A DNA stretch of 64,000 bases from Flavobacteriaceae bacterium. GTDB lineage: Bacteria; Bacteroidota; Bacteroidia; Flavobacteriales; Flavobacteriaceae. Location: contig CANHMG010000001.1 in assembly GCA_947461795.1 (NCBI GenBank), positions 2,831-66,830 of the forward strand. The letters are read 5' to 3'. Position numbers and translations under genes: made by a program. Below the pieces are notes generated by a model. The model had not been told where the DNA came from. It saw nothing but the letters and a program-made list of their open reading frames with translations, and made no database searches. Below, piece by piece: positions 48,475 through 58,772 of the stretch (its first letter is position 1; every line of letters starts with the position of its first letter).

Positions 48475-49056
48475 ATGAAAACGATTCAATATTTATTTTT
48501 TGTAGCAATAGCTACACTATTAATGGCAGCTGATTGCTCTAATAAAGACAGCGAATTCTACAATGATGTGTTTGTCTCTAAAGCAGGTTTAGTGACTTTA
48601 GAAAAAACGCCTTCTACTATTACAGTTATTGCAACTATTCCTAGATTATTGGAAGTTGACAATCAAGCAAATTTGTTCGACATATTCAAAACCACTGGTG
48701 GAGCTACTAAAATGATTTTTTCTTATGTAGTAGAAAAACAAGATACAGTAGGAAACTGGGACTATATTGAAGTTCCTTCAGCAAATATAGTTATTACTAA
48801 AGGTGAATCTCAAACAGGTTCATTTATATCCGGAAGTGCTGTTTATAATAGTACTACTACAAATTATGAATATAGTGTAGAATTGCAATCTTTAACTTCG
48901 GGGAATTACCGATTGAGTTTTGGATTTAATAATAATACAGGCACTCTAGTTACTTTTCGTTCAGAAAGCATAAATAATAACCTATTCCTTAATTTGAATA
49001 CAACTACTGCACCTTTATTAGATTCAGGCGGGTTTTATCCATTTACAATTATCTAG
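48475..49056 (+). CDS. Hypothetical lipoprotein
   Basis: Lipobox-like LLMAADC; clean ORF within the operon. Confidence 0.65.
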   Translation: MKTIQYLFFVAIATLLMAADCSNKDSEFYNDVFVSKAGLVTLEKTPSTITVIATIPRLLEVDNQANLFDIFKTTGGATKMIFSYVVEKQDTVGNWDYIEVPSANIVITKGESQTGSFISGSAVYNSTTTNYEYSVELQSLTSGNYRLSFGFNNNTGTLVTFRSESINNNLFLNLNTTTAPLLDSGGFYPFTII

Positions 49057-49720
49057 AAAACCATTGAATTGGAATTTTGTTTATTGCTTTTAAATAGTCA
49101 TTTGTTTGACTAAAGTGTTTGTTTCCAAACCATTTACCTTGATTTGCACTCATTGGAGAAGGATGACCCGAGATTAAAACCAAATGTTTATTTCGATCAA
49201 TCTTGGCTCCTTTTTTCTGAGCAAAACTTCCCCATAATAAAAAAACTATATTTTCATTTTGAAATGCTATTTTTTCAATAATGGCATTTGTGAATATTTG
49301 CCATTGTAAGTGTTTGTGACTATTGGGTTGGTCTTTTCGAACCGTTAAAGTTGCATTGAGAAGTAAAATACCTTGATTTGCCCAATGCTCTAAATTACCG
49401 GAATTGGGTAAGAAAACGGTATCTATATCTGAATGTATTTCTCTAAATATATTTCTAAGTGAAGGAGGAATTGCAACGCCATCATTCACAGAAAAGCACA
49501 ATCCATTGGCTTCTCCTACTCCATGATAGGGATCTTGGCCGATAATCACTACTTTTAAATTTTTTAAACTACATTTTTCTAATGAAGAAAAAATAAGTTC
49601 TTTGGGAGGATAACAAATTTCATCTTGATATTCTTTTTCAACAGCAAGTTGCAATTCTAGAAAATACGATTTCTGAATTTCATCTTCTAAAAAAGGCCTC
49701 CATTGACTAGGAATTTGCAT
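49049..49720 (-). CDS. ung: Uracil-DNA glycosylase
   Basis: GQDPYH, GLCFS, PPSLRNI, LLLN, HPSP. Confidence 0.95.
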   Translation of the reverse strand: MQIPSQWRPFLEDEIQKSYFLELQLAVEKEYQDEICYPPKELIFSSLEKCSLKNLKVVIIGQDPYHGVGEANGLCFSVNDGVAIPPSLRNIFREIHSDIDTVFLPNSGNLEHWANQGILLLNATLTVRKDQPNSHKHLQWQIFTNAIIEKIAFQNENIVFLLWGSFAQKKGAKIDRNKHLVLISGHPSPMSANQGKWFGNKHFSQTNDYLKAINKIPIQWFSR

Positions 49721-49790
49721 AACAATTATTTCAGACAAAGTTCGTAAAGTTTTTCAGAAACTCTATCAAAAGAAATTAGAATTAACCGAC

Positions 49791-49806
49791 TAACTTTGTA
49801 ACTTTG
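49791..49806 (+). promoter_or_regulatory. Tandem -7 promoter elements upstream of mutS2
   Basis: TAACTTTG-TAACTTTG. Confidence 0.45.
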
Positions 49807-49829
49807 ATTCCTTGCAACTGAAATAGAAA

Positions 49830-51998
49830 ATGATAAGCATTACTGAAAAAACCTTACAAGATTTACAGTTTCCGACCGTATTAGAAACCCTATCATCACT
49901 ATGTAATACCGATATAGGAAAGCAAAAAGCATTGCAAATAATTCCTTTCAAAGAGAAAGAAGTTTTAATGGATGCTTTATTGCAAACTTCAGAATATTTG
50001 ACTTCTTTTCAAAATAACAATGCTATACCGAATCATGGTTTTGAAGCCATAACGAATGAACTAAAATTTCTAGCCATAGAAGATAGTTTTTTAGAAGTTG
50101 GAAGCTTTCGTAAAATAGCAACGATTTCAGAAACTTCGAATATTTTATTGCTCTTCTTAAAAAAGTTTGATGAATATTATCCAAAGCTAAACTCAAAGGC
50201 TTCTGCTATTGAAATCACGAAAGTAATCATTGGTTTAATTGATGATGTCGTGGATAAATATGGTGAAATTAAAGACAATGCTTCTCCAAGTTTATTAGAC
50301 ATTCGAAGAAATATGAATTCCGTTCGTGGAAAAGTTAATCAAAGCTTCGGAGTGGCTTTAACCCAATATAATGGCTTAGGTTATTTGGATGAAATTAAAG
50401 AAAGTTTTGTGCAAAATCGCAGAGTTTTAGCAGTTTTAGCCATGTATCGTCGCAAAGTGAAAGGTTCTATTTTAGGAAGTTCGAAAACAGGAAGTATTGC
50501 GTATATCGAACCCGAATTGACGTTGCAATATTCTCGTGAATTAAGCAATTTAGAATACGAAGAAAAAGAAGAAATCACACGTATTTTAAAGCAACTGACA
50601 GATGCTATTCGGCAATTTTTACCCTTGTTAATTCAATACCAAGAATTTCTAAGCGACATTGATGTGATTGCTTCTAAAGCGAAATATGCACAACGTATTA
50701 ATGGGATTTTGCCAAAAATTAATGAGGAACGCAAATTGTTTTTCAAAGAAGCCTTCCATCCTATTTTGTATTTAAACAATAAACTCCAAAACGAAATAAC
50801 GTATCCGCAAACTTTCGAATTGCATCAAGAAAAACGAATTATTGTGATTTCTGGACCCAATGCTGGAGGGAAAACAATTTCCTTAAAGACGGTTGGTTTG
50901 TTGCAATTGATGTTGCAATCAGGCATGCTGATTCCTGTTCACGAGCGTAGTGAAACCTTTTTGTTTGACCGAATTCTTACAGACATTGGAGACAATCAAT
51001 CGATAGAAAATCATTTGAGTACCTATAGTTACCGATTAAAAAACATGAATTATTTTCTGAAGAAATGCAATAACAAAACCTTATTTCTAATTGATGAGTT
51101 CGGAACTGGTTCTGATCCGGAATTAGGAGGTGCTTTGGCTGAAATTTTCTTGGAAGAATTCTATCATCGAGAAGCGTTTGGGATCATTACGACACATTAT
51201 TCCAATTTGAAAATACTAGCGAATGAATTGCCATTTGCCATCAATGCGAATATGTTGTTTGACGAGAAATCATTAGAGCCCATCTATAAATTGGTATTAG
51301 GTCAAGCCGGAAGTTCTTTTACGTTTGAAGTAGCTCAAAAAAACGGGATTCCATTTGGCTTAATTAATAGAGCTAAAAAGAAAATTGAAGTAGGGAAAGT
51401 TCGTTTTGATAAAACCATTGCTAATTTACAGAAAGAGCGTTCTAAAATGGAAAAAACGTCTCAAACGTTGAAGGAAGAAGAATCGAAAGCGCGTGAAGAA
51501 GGTAAAAAAATGGAATCTATTAACGTAAAAATTAAACAGAAATTAGAGAGTTATCAAGAATTGTACGATAGCAATCAACGCTTAATATATATGGGACAGA
51601 AGATAGATGATATTGCTGAGAAATATTTTAATTCTAAAAACAAAAAAGAATTGTTGGGTGAGTTTTTGAAAATTGTTGAAATAGAAAACTCCAAACGAAA
51701 AAAAGCTACTGTAAAAGAATCAAAAATAATTGAAGTTAAAAAGAAAGAAATTATCAAAGAAGTTACGGTGCATGTTGAGAAAATAAGAATAGAAAAAAAG
51801 GAGAAAAAATTAAAAGCGAACACAATTATAATAAAGCCTAAACCAATATTAAAAGTAGGTGATCGAGTCCGGATGCATGATGGAAAAGCAGTTGGTAGTA
51901 TTGATAAAATTGAAAAAAACAAAGCCATTGTCAATTACGGAGTTTTTACATCCACGGTAAGTCTAGAAGCATTAGAATTTGTAGAATCGAAAAAGTAA
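49830..51998 (+). CDS. mutS2: MutS2 family ATPase (no C-terminal Smr domain)
   Basis: GPNAGGKT, DEFGTGSDP, TTHY, coiled coil, KOW-like C-terminus. Confidence 0.88.
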   Translation: MISITEKTLQDLQFPTVLETLSSLCNTDIGKQKALQIIPFKEKEVLMDALLQTSEYLTSFQNNNAIPNHGFEAITNELKFLAIEDSFLEVGSFRKIATISETSNILLLFLKKFDEYYPKLNSKASAIEITKVIIGLIDDVVDKYGEIKDNASPSLLDIRRNMNSVRGKVNQSFGVALTQYNGLGYLDEIKESFVQNRRVLAVLAMYRRKVKGSILGSSKTGSIAYIEPELTLQYSRELSNLEYEEKEEITRILKQLTDAIRQFLPLLIQYQEFLSDIDVIASKAKYAQRINGILPKINEERKLFFKEAFHPILYLNNKLQNEITYPQTFELHQEKRIIVISGPNAGGKTISLKTVGLLQLMLQSGMLIPVHERSETFLFDRILTDIGDNQSIENHLSTYSYRLKNMNYFLKKCNNKTLFLIDEFGTGSDPELGGALAEIFLEEFYHREAFGIITTHYSNLKILANELPFAINANMLFDEKSLEPIYKLVLGQAGSSFTFEVAQKNGIPFGLINRAKKKIEVGKVRFDKTIANLQKERSKMEKTSQTLKEEESKAREEGKKMESINVKIKQKLESYQELYDSNQRLIYMGQKIDDIAEKYFNSKNKKELLGEFLKIVEIENSKRKKATVKESKIIEVKKKEIIKEVTVHVEKIRIEKKEKKLKANTIIIKPKPILKVGDRVRMHDGKAVGSIDKIEKNKAIVNYGVFTSTVSLEALEFVESKK

Positions 51999-52002
51999 GA
52001 GC

Positions 52003-52419
52003 ATGATAGAATTACCAAAAGACAAAAAAATAATCCTGTTTGATGGAGTTTGCAATTTATGTGAATCTTCGGTTCAATTTGTTATCAAATACGACACTAA
52101 AGATCAATTTCGATTCGTAGCTTTACAATCCGATTTAGGGCAAAAAATAATTCAGCACATTGGAATTAATGCAAAAAACATTGATTCCGTAATTTTATAT
52201 CTACCAGGAGTTGCCTATTATTATAAATCGAATGCAGCACTTCAAATTGCAAGAAGTCTTGGTGGTTTATTTCATTTGGGTACTTTATTCAAAATCATTC
52301 CAACGCCTTTGAGAAACGCCTTATACGATTATATCGCTCATAATCGCTATCGATGGTATGGAAAAAAAGAAAGTTGCTTGGTTCCAACACTAGCCTTGAA
52401 AGCTAAATTTTTAGAATAA
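52003..52419 (+). CDS. DCC1-like thiol-disulfide oxidoreductase
   Basis: FDGVCNLC, YDYIAHNRYRWYG. Confidence 0.9.
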   Translation: MIELPKDKKIILFDGVCNLCESSVQFVIKYDTKDQFRFVALQSDLGQKIIQHIGINAKNIDSVILYLPGVAYYYKSNAALQIARSLGGLFHLGTLFKIIPTPLRNALYDYIAHNRYRWYGKKESCLVPTLALKAKFLE

Positions 52420-52447
52420 AAAAGCCGTCTCAGTATTGAGACGGCTT
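52418..52447. terminator. Intrinsic terminator between convergent genes
   Basis: AAGCCGTCTCA-GTAT-TGAGACGGCTT with an A tract. Confidence 0.85.
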
Positions 52448-52467
52448 CTATAACTTAAAAACAGGTA

Positions 52468-53355
52468 TTAATTTTTTGCTATTTTTTTAGTGATTGTTCC
52501 TTTATCGGAAGTAATATTCAACATATAAATTCCAGAAGCTAAATCGGCAATATTCATTTCAAGATTGGAGACATTTTCAAAGGATTGATTTTTTACAATT
52601 CTTCCATTCAAATCGGTTATTGAAATTGCATTTATACCAATGTTTTGTTTACTAGATATTGAAATTAAATTAGTAGCCGGATTAGGAGAAATAGCTATGT
52701 CAGACGCTGAAAATTGATTGACAGCTAAGTTTGGAAAAGCAGTAATTGTCATCCCCAAATTATTTATAGTCGGTGCAGCAATAGCCCTATTACATCCGTT
52801 GTTTGTTGCGGTACTTCCACAACGCGTAACAGTACTTAATGCAGTATCTCCAACAGGTTGACTTCCTATTACAGGAGTTTCATTTGTAATCCAAAACACA
52901 TTGTTTCTACTGGCTCTAAGCATAACAGTTATGGTATTATCTGTGGCGTAATCCGTAATATCTAAACCATTATATTCAAAATCAACTATAAATTGCCCTG
53001 AAATTGATGGAGCCGTTACAGTAACAACCGATTCTGAAAATGGAATTAAAGTTCCTACACCTGAACCACAAGCAGCTGTTCCAGTTAATGTTGGGCAATC
53101 AGAATACAAAGTCATCGTTAAAGTAACATCAGAAGGATCTGTTAAATTAAAAAGGGTTACAGAAATAATATCCAATTGTCTTTCCGTTCCAGCTAACTGA
53201 ATTGCATCTCCATAACTTGTATTTAGACCATTTGCTGTGGGTGTAATTTCTCCGCCATTATTTGAGGCATGTGTAGTGTCGTATATAACTACTTGAGCAT
53301 TTAGAGAAAAAGCAGCAATAAATAAAGCATTAATTAATAGTAATTTTTTTTTCAT
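52468..53355 (-). CDS. Secreted protein with type A T9SS sorting domain
   Basis: Signal peptide; ISPNPA...DLNGRIV...GIYML...KKIAKN. Confidence 0.85.
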   Translation of the reverse strand: MKKKLLLINALFIAAFSLNAQVVIYDTTHASNNGGEITPTANGLNTSYGDAIQLAGTERQLDIISVTLFNLTDPSDVTLTMTLYSDCPTLTGTAACGSGVGTLIPFSESVVTVTAPSISGQFIVDFEYNGLDITDYATDNTITVMLRASRNNVFWITNETPVIGSQPVGDTALSTVTRCGSTATNNGCNRAIAAPTINNLGMTITAFPNLAVNQFSASDIAISPNPATNLISISSKQNIGINAISITDLNGRIVKNQSFENVSNLEMNIADLASGIYMLNITSDKGTITKKIAKN

Positions 53356-53417
53356 GATTTTTTATTTTAAATTTTTATAAAAATAAGGTTAAATAATTAA
53401 TATTTAGTTTTTAAAAT

Positions 53418-53444
53418 AAAAAACTCCTCAATGGAGGAGCTTTT
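53418..53444 (-). terminator. Intrinsic terminator
   Basis: CTCCTC-loop-GAGGAG with a T tract on the minus strand. Confidence 0.7.
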
Positions 53445-53468
53445 CTATGTGAATAAAGAAATAGTATG

Positions 53469-54581
53469 CTAGTTTTTAATTATTTTTTGAATTGATGTTC
53501 CGTTCTCAGAAGTAATTTTCATTAAATACATTCCTTTAGATAATTCAGATACATTCATTTCAATGGTAGCAATACTATCAAAAGTTTGACTTTTAACGAT
53601 TCTACCATTGATATCAAAAATAGTAATTGTATTTATAGGATTGCTTTCCTGGTTAGAAACTGAAATAGTGCTATTAGCAGGATTTGGATAGACTGAATAA
53701 TCTATTTGATTGTTTGCAATTTCTTCTACACCCAATAAACTTAAATTAGTGGCAGTAACAATTATATTATCAAATAGGCCTGCAGTTGTTGCAGCTGCAT
53801 TTACAATGGCTGGAGTTGGTGGTGTTACAACAGCTGCTGCAGAACCACTTCTAGAAATGAATGCAATTTTATCAGGATCAACATTTACAGCAGCTCCAGT
53901 AACTTGACCCAAGAAACCTGGTCCTTTCCATACGATTTGACCGGAAGATTTATCAAAAGTAACATATAATCTAACCCAAACATTTGGTTGTAAAACTAAG
54001 TTTGTTCCATTGGGTGTTCCTAGAAAAAAGCCATAATTTCCAATCGGCGCAGTAGCGCTAGTATAATAACCAATACCCGTAAGGACTAGTGTTTTTGTAT
54101 TGAATACAAAACCCCCTAATATTTTAAGTGCTGATGCAGTGGTATTAGAATCGTAAATATACATTCCTTTCGTATTATTACTGTCTCCTCCTGTAGGTCC
54201 TGTAAATAAATCGAATTCAACTCTAATGATATCATTCCCTGCATCTCTAAAAGCCCATTGATTCGCAAGTCCATCTTGCCACATGTTTCGTCTTCCTTTG
54301 TCCCCATTCGTTCCTTCTATTTGCAAGACAGTTCCGTGACCTTCACCATAATCAATAATTTGAAAATTTTCAGGACTAGCATTGGTTCCTGTGGTTGACG
54401 CCAAAGGATCTAAATCGTAATTTGTAGATAAGGTGTAATAATTATTGGTTGGAATGGTTCCTGTAGCGTCAATTCCGACCGCGCCAATAGGTAAAGAATC
54501 AAAATTTTCTGTTTGTAAAATTTGTGCTGACGCATTTTGAAAACCAACCAAAATGAGCATTAAAAGTAATAGTTTTTTCAT
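53469..54581 (-). CDS. Secreted protein with type A T9SS sorting domain
   Basis: Signal peptide; VYPNPA...DINGRIV...GMYLM...KIIKN. Confidence 0.85.
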   Translation of the reverse strand: MKKLLLLMLILVGFQNASAQILQTENFDSLPIGAVGIDATGTIPTNNYYTLSTNYDLDPLASTTGTNASPENFQIIDYGEGHGTVLQIEGTNGDKGRRNMWQDGLANQWAFRDAGNDIIRVEFDLFTGPTGGDSNNTKGMYIYDSNTTASALKILGGFVFNTKTLVLTGIGYYTSATAPIGNYGFFLGTPNGTNLVLQPNVWVRLYVTFDKSSGQIVWKGPGFLGQVTGAAVNVDPDKIAFISRSGSAAAVVTPPTPAIVNAAATTAGLFDNIIVTATNLSLLGVEEIANNQIDYSVYPNPANSTISVSNQESNPINTITIFDINGRIVKSQTFDSIATIEMNVSELSKGMYLMKITSENGTSIQKIIKN

Positions 54582-54642
54582 AGTTATAATTTTTATAATT
54601 TGGTTAAAAATAAGTATATTTTTTTAAATTACTATATTAAAT

Positions 54643-55899
54643 TTAATCTTCTTTCTCCCATTTTCCCACCACAGAAGTTGCTAATGCATTTCCTAATACA
54701 TTAGTAGCACTTCGAAACATATCGCAAAAGTGATCAATCGGTAGGATTAATGCAATCCCTTCGATGGGAATTTTGAACATACCACAAGTCGCAGCAACAA
54801 CTACTAAACTTGCTCTTGGAACTCCTGCTATTCCTTTACTGGTAAGCATTAAAACCAATAACATAGTCATTTGCGTGCCAATACTCAAATCGATTCCGTA
54901 AGCTTGGGCAATAAAAATACTAGCAAATGTCATGTACATCATACTTCCATCTAAGTTGAAGGAATACCCTAAAGGCAACATGAAGGACACTATTTTATCT
55001 TTAATTCCAAAGCGTTCTAATTCTTCGGTCAGTTTTGGAAAAACAGCTTCACTACTCGTAGTACCGAAAGCGATTATTAATGGGCTTACGATATGTTTCA
55101 ATAATACTTTTAATCGTTTTCCTAAAAAGAGAAACCCAATAAATAATAGAAAGACCCAGAGTGACGTGATACCAATTAGAAAGGATCCAAAGTATTTCGC
55201 GTACGTCAATAACAATTCATTAAAATCCCGAACTGCAAAAACTCCAGCGATAGCACCGAATACTCCAATTGGAGCAAACTTCATGACATAGTTGACCATT
55301 TTCAAAACGATATGAGAGGTTTTGTCTAATGCACTCACAACCGGCTTGGCAAAATCACCTATAGAAGCAGCTGCAAGCCCGAAGAAAATAGAAAAAATGA
55401 CAATTTGTAATATTTCATTGGTAGCCATTGCTTCGACAATACTTTTCGGAATAATGTGTTCGATGAAGTTTTGAGCGGAAAAATTTTGAGTTTTCTCGGT
55501 TACTTCTGCAGCAGTTGATAAATCCACATCAGAAAGGTTTAGCCCAACGCCAGGTTGCAAAATATTGACCCAAAACATTCCAATTAATAAAGAAATAAAA
55601 GAAGCAGAGAAAAACCAACCCAATGCCTTTCCTCCTATTCTCCCGACGGCTTTGATGTCGCCTAACTTTGCAATGCCGACTACGAGTGTTGTGAATACTA
55701 ATGGTGCAATAATCATTTGTACCAATCGAATGAAAATGGTTGCTAACAATTTGATGTAACCACTAAATTCTTTGGCACTTTCTTCGCTCCAATTGTTATG
55801 AATGACGATGCCTAGAATAGCACCTACAAACATGGCGATAAGAATTTGTGTCGTAAGATTAGAGAAAATGGATAGTTTTTTAGATTCTGTTGATGTCAT
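54643..55899 (-). CDS. Dicarboxylate/amino acid:cation symporter (GltP/DctA family)
   Basis: AFGTTSSE, PLGYSFNLDG, SKGIAGVP, DMFRSATNV.GN. Confidence 0.92.
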   Translation of the reverse strand: MTSTESKKLSIFSNLTTQILIAMFVGAILGIVIHNNWSEESAKEFSGYIKLLATIFIRLVQMIIAPLVFTTLVVGIAKLGDIKAVGRIGGKALGWFFSASFISLLIGMFWVNILQPGVGLNLSDVDLSTAAEVTEKTQNFSAQNFIEHIIPKSIVEAMATNEILQIVIFSIFFGLAAASIGDFAKPVVSALDKTSHIVLKMVNYVMKFAPIGVFGAIAGVFAVRDFNELLLTYAKYFGSFLIGITSLWVFLLFIGFLFLGKRLKVLLKHIVSPLIIAFGTTSSEAVFPKLTEELERFGIKDKIVSFMLPLGYSFNLDGSMMYMTFASIFIAQAYGIDLSIGTQMTMLLVLMLTSKGIAGVPRASLVVVAATCGMFKIPIEGIALILPIDHFCDMFRSATNVLGNALATSVVGKWEKED

Positions 55900-55940
55900 G
55901 TTTTATAATTTTACAAAAGCGGTTTATTATGAAATGAAAT

Positions 55941-56048
55941 GCTCTAGCCCTGATGGTAGCGGCATCCTTTTGTGCCATTCTTTACTTTGTCTATTCGCTT
56001 TGCTCGTGCGGCACAAAAGATAAAGCGGACAGCAGGAAATAGCTTCTA
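55941..56048 (+). repeat. Structured intergenic repeat copy D (Flavo-1-like)
   Basis: GCTCTAGCCCTGATGGTAGCGGCATCCTTTTGTGCC...GGCACAAAAGATAAAGCGGACAGCAGGAAATAGCTTCTA; terminal CTA is the aroC stop. Confidence 0.8.
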
Positions 56049-57116
56049 ATCATTCGAATGATACATTTTATTGAGTAAATAAAAATCGGCCAAAACAATA
56101 GCAGCCATGGCTTCTACAATGGGAACCGCTCGCGGGACCACGCAAGGATCGTGTCGACCTTTTCCTTGCATTTCGATAATATTGCCTTGATTGTCTAACG
56201 TTTCTTGTTTTTGAATGAGTGTGGCAACGGGTTTGAAAGCCACTCGGAAATAGATATCCATTCCGTTGGAAATACCACCTTGAATTCCGCCTGATAAATT
56301 CGTTTTGGTGGTTCCATCTGGTAAGTACAAGTCGTTATGTTCGCTACCTTTCATTTTGGCACCACAAAATCCGCTACCGTATTCGAAACCTTTGACTGCA
56401 TTGATAGACAACATCGCTTTGCCTAATTCGGCATGTAGTTTATCGAACACAGGTTCGCCGAGACCGATGGGCACATTTTGAATGACACAAGTAATCGTTC
56501 CACCGACTGTATCTCCTTGTTTGCGGATTTCTTTGATGTGTTCTTCCATTCGAATTGCAGTTTCAGTGTCTGGGCAACGCACTGGATTGCTTTCCGTTTT
56601 AGTAAAGTCGAGTTCTTGATAGGGTTTGTTGATGAATATTTCACCGACAGAAGATACATAAGCATTTATTGTAATAGTATTCAGCAATTGTTTTGCAATA
56701 GCACCCGCAACTACTCTACTGGCTGTTTCGCGCGCTGAACTTCTACCTCCACCTCGATAGTCACGAATTCCATATTTTTTTTCGTAGACGTAATCGGCAT
56801 GACTTGGGCGATAGGTGTCTTTGATATGAGTGTAATCCTCGGATTTTTGGTTGGCATTTGCAATTAAAAATCCTATAGGCGTCCCAGTTGTTTTTCCTTC
56901 GAAAATTCCAGAAAGAAATTGCACTTCATCGTCTTCTTTGCGTTGGGTAACAATAGCAGATTGTCCGGGTTTTCTCCGAGACATTTCGAATTGAATCGCT
57001 TCAAAATCTAAAGTGATTCCAGGAAGACAACCCTCGATGATGCCCCCAATTGCCTCGCCATGAGATTCTCCAAAAGTGGTGATTTTAAATAGAGTTCCGT
57101 AACTATTGCCTGCCAT
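56046..57116 (-). CDS. aroC: Chorismate synthase
   Basis: [30 protein letters not shown]. Confidence 0.97.
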   Translation of the reverse strand: MAGNSYGTLFKITTFGESHGEAIGGIIEGCLPGITLDFEAIQFEMSRRKPGQSAIVTQRKEDDEVQFLSGIFEGKTTGTPIGFLIANANQKSEDYTHIKDTYRPSHADYVYEKKYGIRDYRGGGRSSARETASRVVAGAIAKQLLNTITINAYVSSVGEIFINKPYQELDFTKTESNPVRCPDTETAIRMEEHIKEIRKQGDTVGGTITCVIQNVPIGLGEPVFDKLHAELGKAMLSINAVKGFEYGSGFCGAKMKGSEHNDLYLPDGTTKTNLSGGIQGGISNGMDIYFRVAFKPVATLIQKQETLDNQGNIIEMQGKGRHDPCVVPRAVPIVEAMAAIVLADFYLLNKMYHSND

Positions 57117-57132
57117 TCGGTTTCGTTTTCAA

Positions 57133-57140
57133 CAAATGTA
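57133..57140 (-). promoter_or_regulatory. -7 promoter element for aroC
   Basis: TACATTTG on the minus strand, 16 bp upstream of the ATG. Confidence 0.5.
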
Positions 57141-57309
57141 GCATTTTCGATTAAAAATTGAAAGTTTAGAATCATTTCTTATTAATTGCTGAGAATATTA
57201 GTTAATAGAAATTTAATTTTAGTACACTATTTACTACAGTTTCTTAACATTTGAGAGGCTTCTAGTTAATATGATGTGCTTTTATTTGCTAAACTTCAAA
57301 TTTCATATT

Positions 57310-58149
57310 TTGAAAAAAAGAAAAGTAGAATTGGTTGTCATTTCCGATGTGCACTTGGGAACATTTGGAAGTCATGCAAAGGAATTGCTAAATTACCTCA
57401 ATTCAATTAAACCCAAAACATTAGTATTAAATGGTGATATCATCGACATTTGGCAATTTAGAAAGTCATATTTCCCTGCGGTCCATCTGAAGGTCATCAA
57501 GAAGATTATTAGCTTGGCTAGTAAAGGCACTAAGATTTATTATATTACGGGGAATCACGATGAATTATTGCGAAAATTTAGCGATACCTCGATGGGTAGT
57601 TTTTCGATTGTAGACAAACTCGTATTGGACTTAGATGATAAGAAAGCTTGGATTTTTCACGGTGACGTGTTTGATTTGTCAGTGCAGCATTCAAAATGGA
57701 TTGCAAAACTTGGAGGATTAGGTTATGATTATTTAATAGTAATTAATCGATTTGTCAACTGGTGTTTGCATAAAATAGGTAAAGAGCCTTATTCCTTCTC
57801 CAAGAAAATAAAAGCAAGCGTAAAAAAAGCTGTGAAACACATCTCTGACTTCGAAACCACAGCTACAGATTTAGCTATTGAAAAGCAATACGATTATGTG
57901 GTTTGTGGCCATATTCACGATCCGAAAATTATTCAGAAATCAAATAAAAATGGTTCAACATTGTATTTGAATTCGGGTGATTGGGTTGAAAATCTCACAG
58001 CTTTAGAGTACAATACAAAACGCTGGAGATTGTATCGTTATAGTGAATGCAATTATACAGAAGAAGAAGATTTATTAGAAATGGAAACAAATATTAGTCA
58101 GCAGATTGTGGCTTCTATAGTTTTTTCAAAGCAAATTAATTCTTATTAG
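57310..58149 (+). CDS. Metallophosphoesterase, UDP-2,3-diacylglucosamine diphosphatase (LpxH-like) family
   Basis: SDVHLG, GDIID, GNHD, HGD, CGHIH, NSGDW; probable TTG start. Confidence 0.8.
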   Translation: MKKRKVELVVISDVHLGTFGSHAKELLNYLNSIKPKTLVLNGDIIDIWQFRKSYFPAVHLKVIKKIISLASKGTKIYYITGNHDELLRKFSDTSMGSFSIVDKLVLDLDDKKAWIFHGDVFDLSVQHSKWIAKLGGLGYDYLIVINRFVNWCLHKIGKEPYSFSKKIKASVKKAVKHISDFETTATDLAIEKQYDYVVCGHIHDPKIIQKSNKNGSTLYLNSGDWVENLTALEYNTKRWRLYRYSECNYTEEEDLLEMETNISQQIVASIVFSKQINSY

Positions 58150-58241
58150 AGTTTGAAATGATAGTATTACTTTTTTTATTACTTGATGCAATTTTTTGCC
58201 ATTTTTAATGTTTAAATTTGCAACGATTTAATATATAAGAG

Positions 58242-58724
58242 ATGAAAAAATTATTTTTTAAAGTATTCCTGTTAGTAGGAATTGTGTTGAGTGGTCAAGC
58301 TCAGAAAATTTCTGAAAATGCGATTGGATTGCGTTTGGGTGATAATGATGGTTTTGGAACGGAAGTTTCTTATCAAAGAGCTTTTGGGAAAGCAAATAGA
58401 TTGGAGGCTGATTTAGGATGGAGAAGTAGCAGAAATGTAAATGCGATAAAATTGGCTGGTATATACCAATGGGTTTGGAATATTGATGGTAATTTTAATT
58501 GGTATGCTGGTGGTGGAGCTGGATTGGGTTCTTGGAGTTATAACCAAAATGGCTATAAAGACAACGGAACATTTGTTTTTGTTGCTGGAGATATTGGTGT
58601 AGAATATGATTTTGATATTCCGTTGTTGTTGTCTTTAGATTTTAGACCAGAATTTGGCGGAAACGGATATTACAAAAACAACTATGGATCAGATATTGCG
58701 ATTTCTGTTCGTTATCAGTTCTAG
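58242..58724 (+). CDS. Small outer-membrane beta-barrel protein
   Basis: Signal peptide, AIGLRLG, C-terminal VRYQF. Confidence 0.75.
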   Translation: MKKLFFKVFLLVGIVLSGQAQKISENAIGLRLGDNDGFGTEVSYQRAFGKANRLEADLGWRSSRNVNAIKLAGIYQWVWNIDGNFNWYAGGGAGLGSWSYNQNGYKDNGTFVFVAGDIGVEYDFDIPLLLSLDFRPEFGGNGYYKNNYGSDIAISVRYQF

Positions 58725-58743
58725 AAATAGCAATGCATAATAT

Positions 58744-58772
58744 AAAAATCCACTAGAATTAGTGGATTTTTT
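58744..58772. terminator. Bidirectional intrinsic terminator
   Basis: AAAAATCCACTA-GAAT-TAGTGGATTTTT. Confidence 0.85.
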
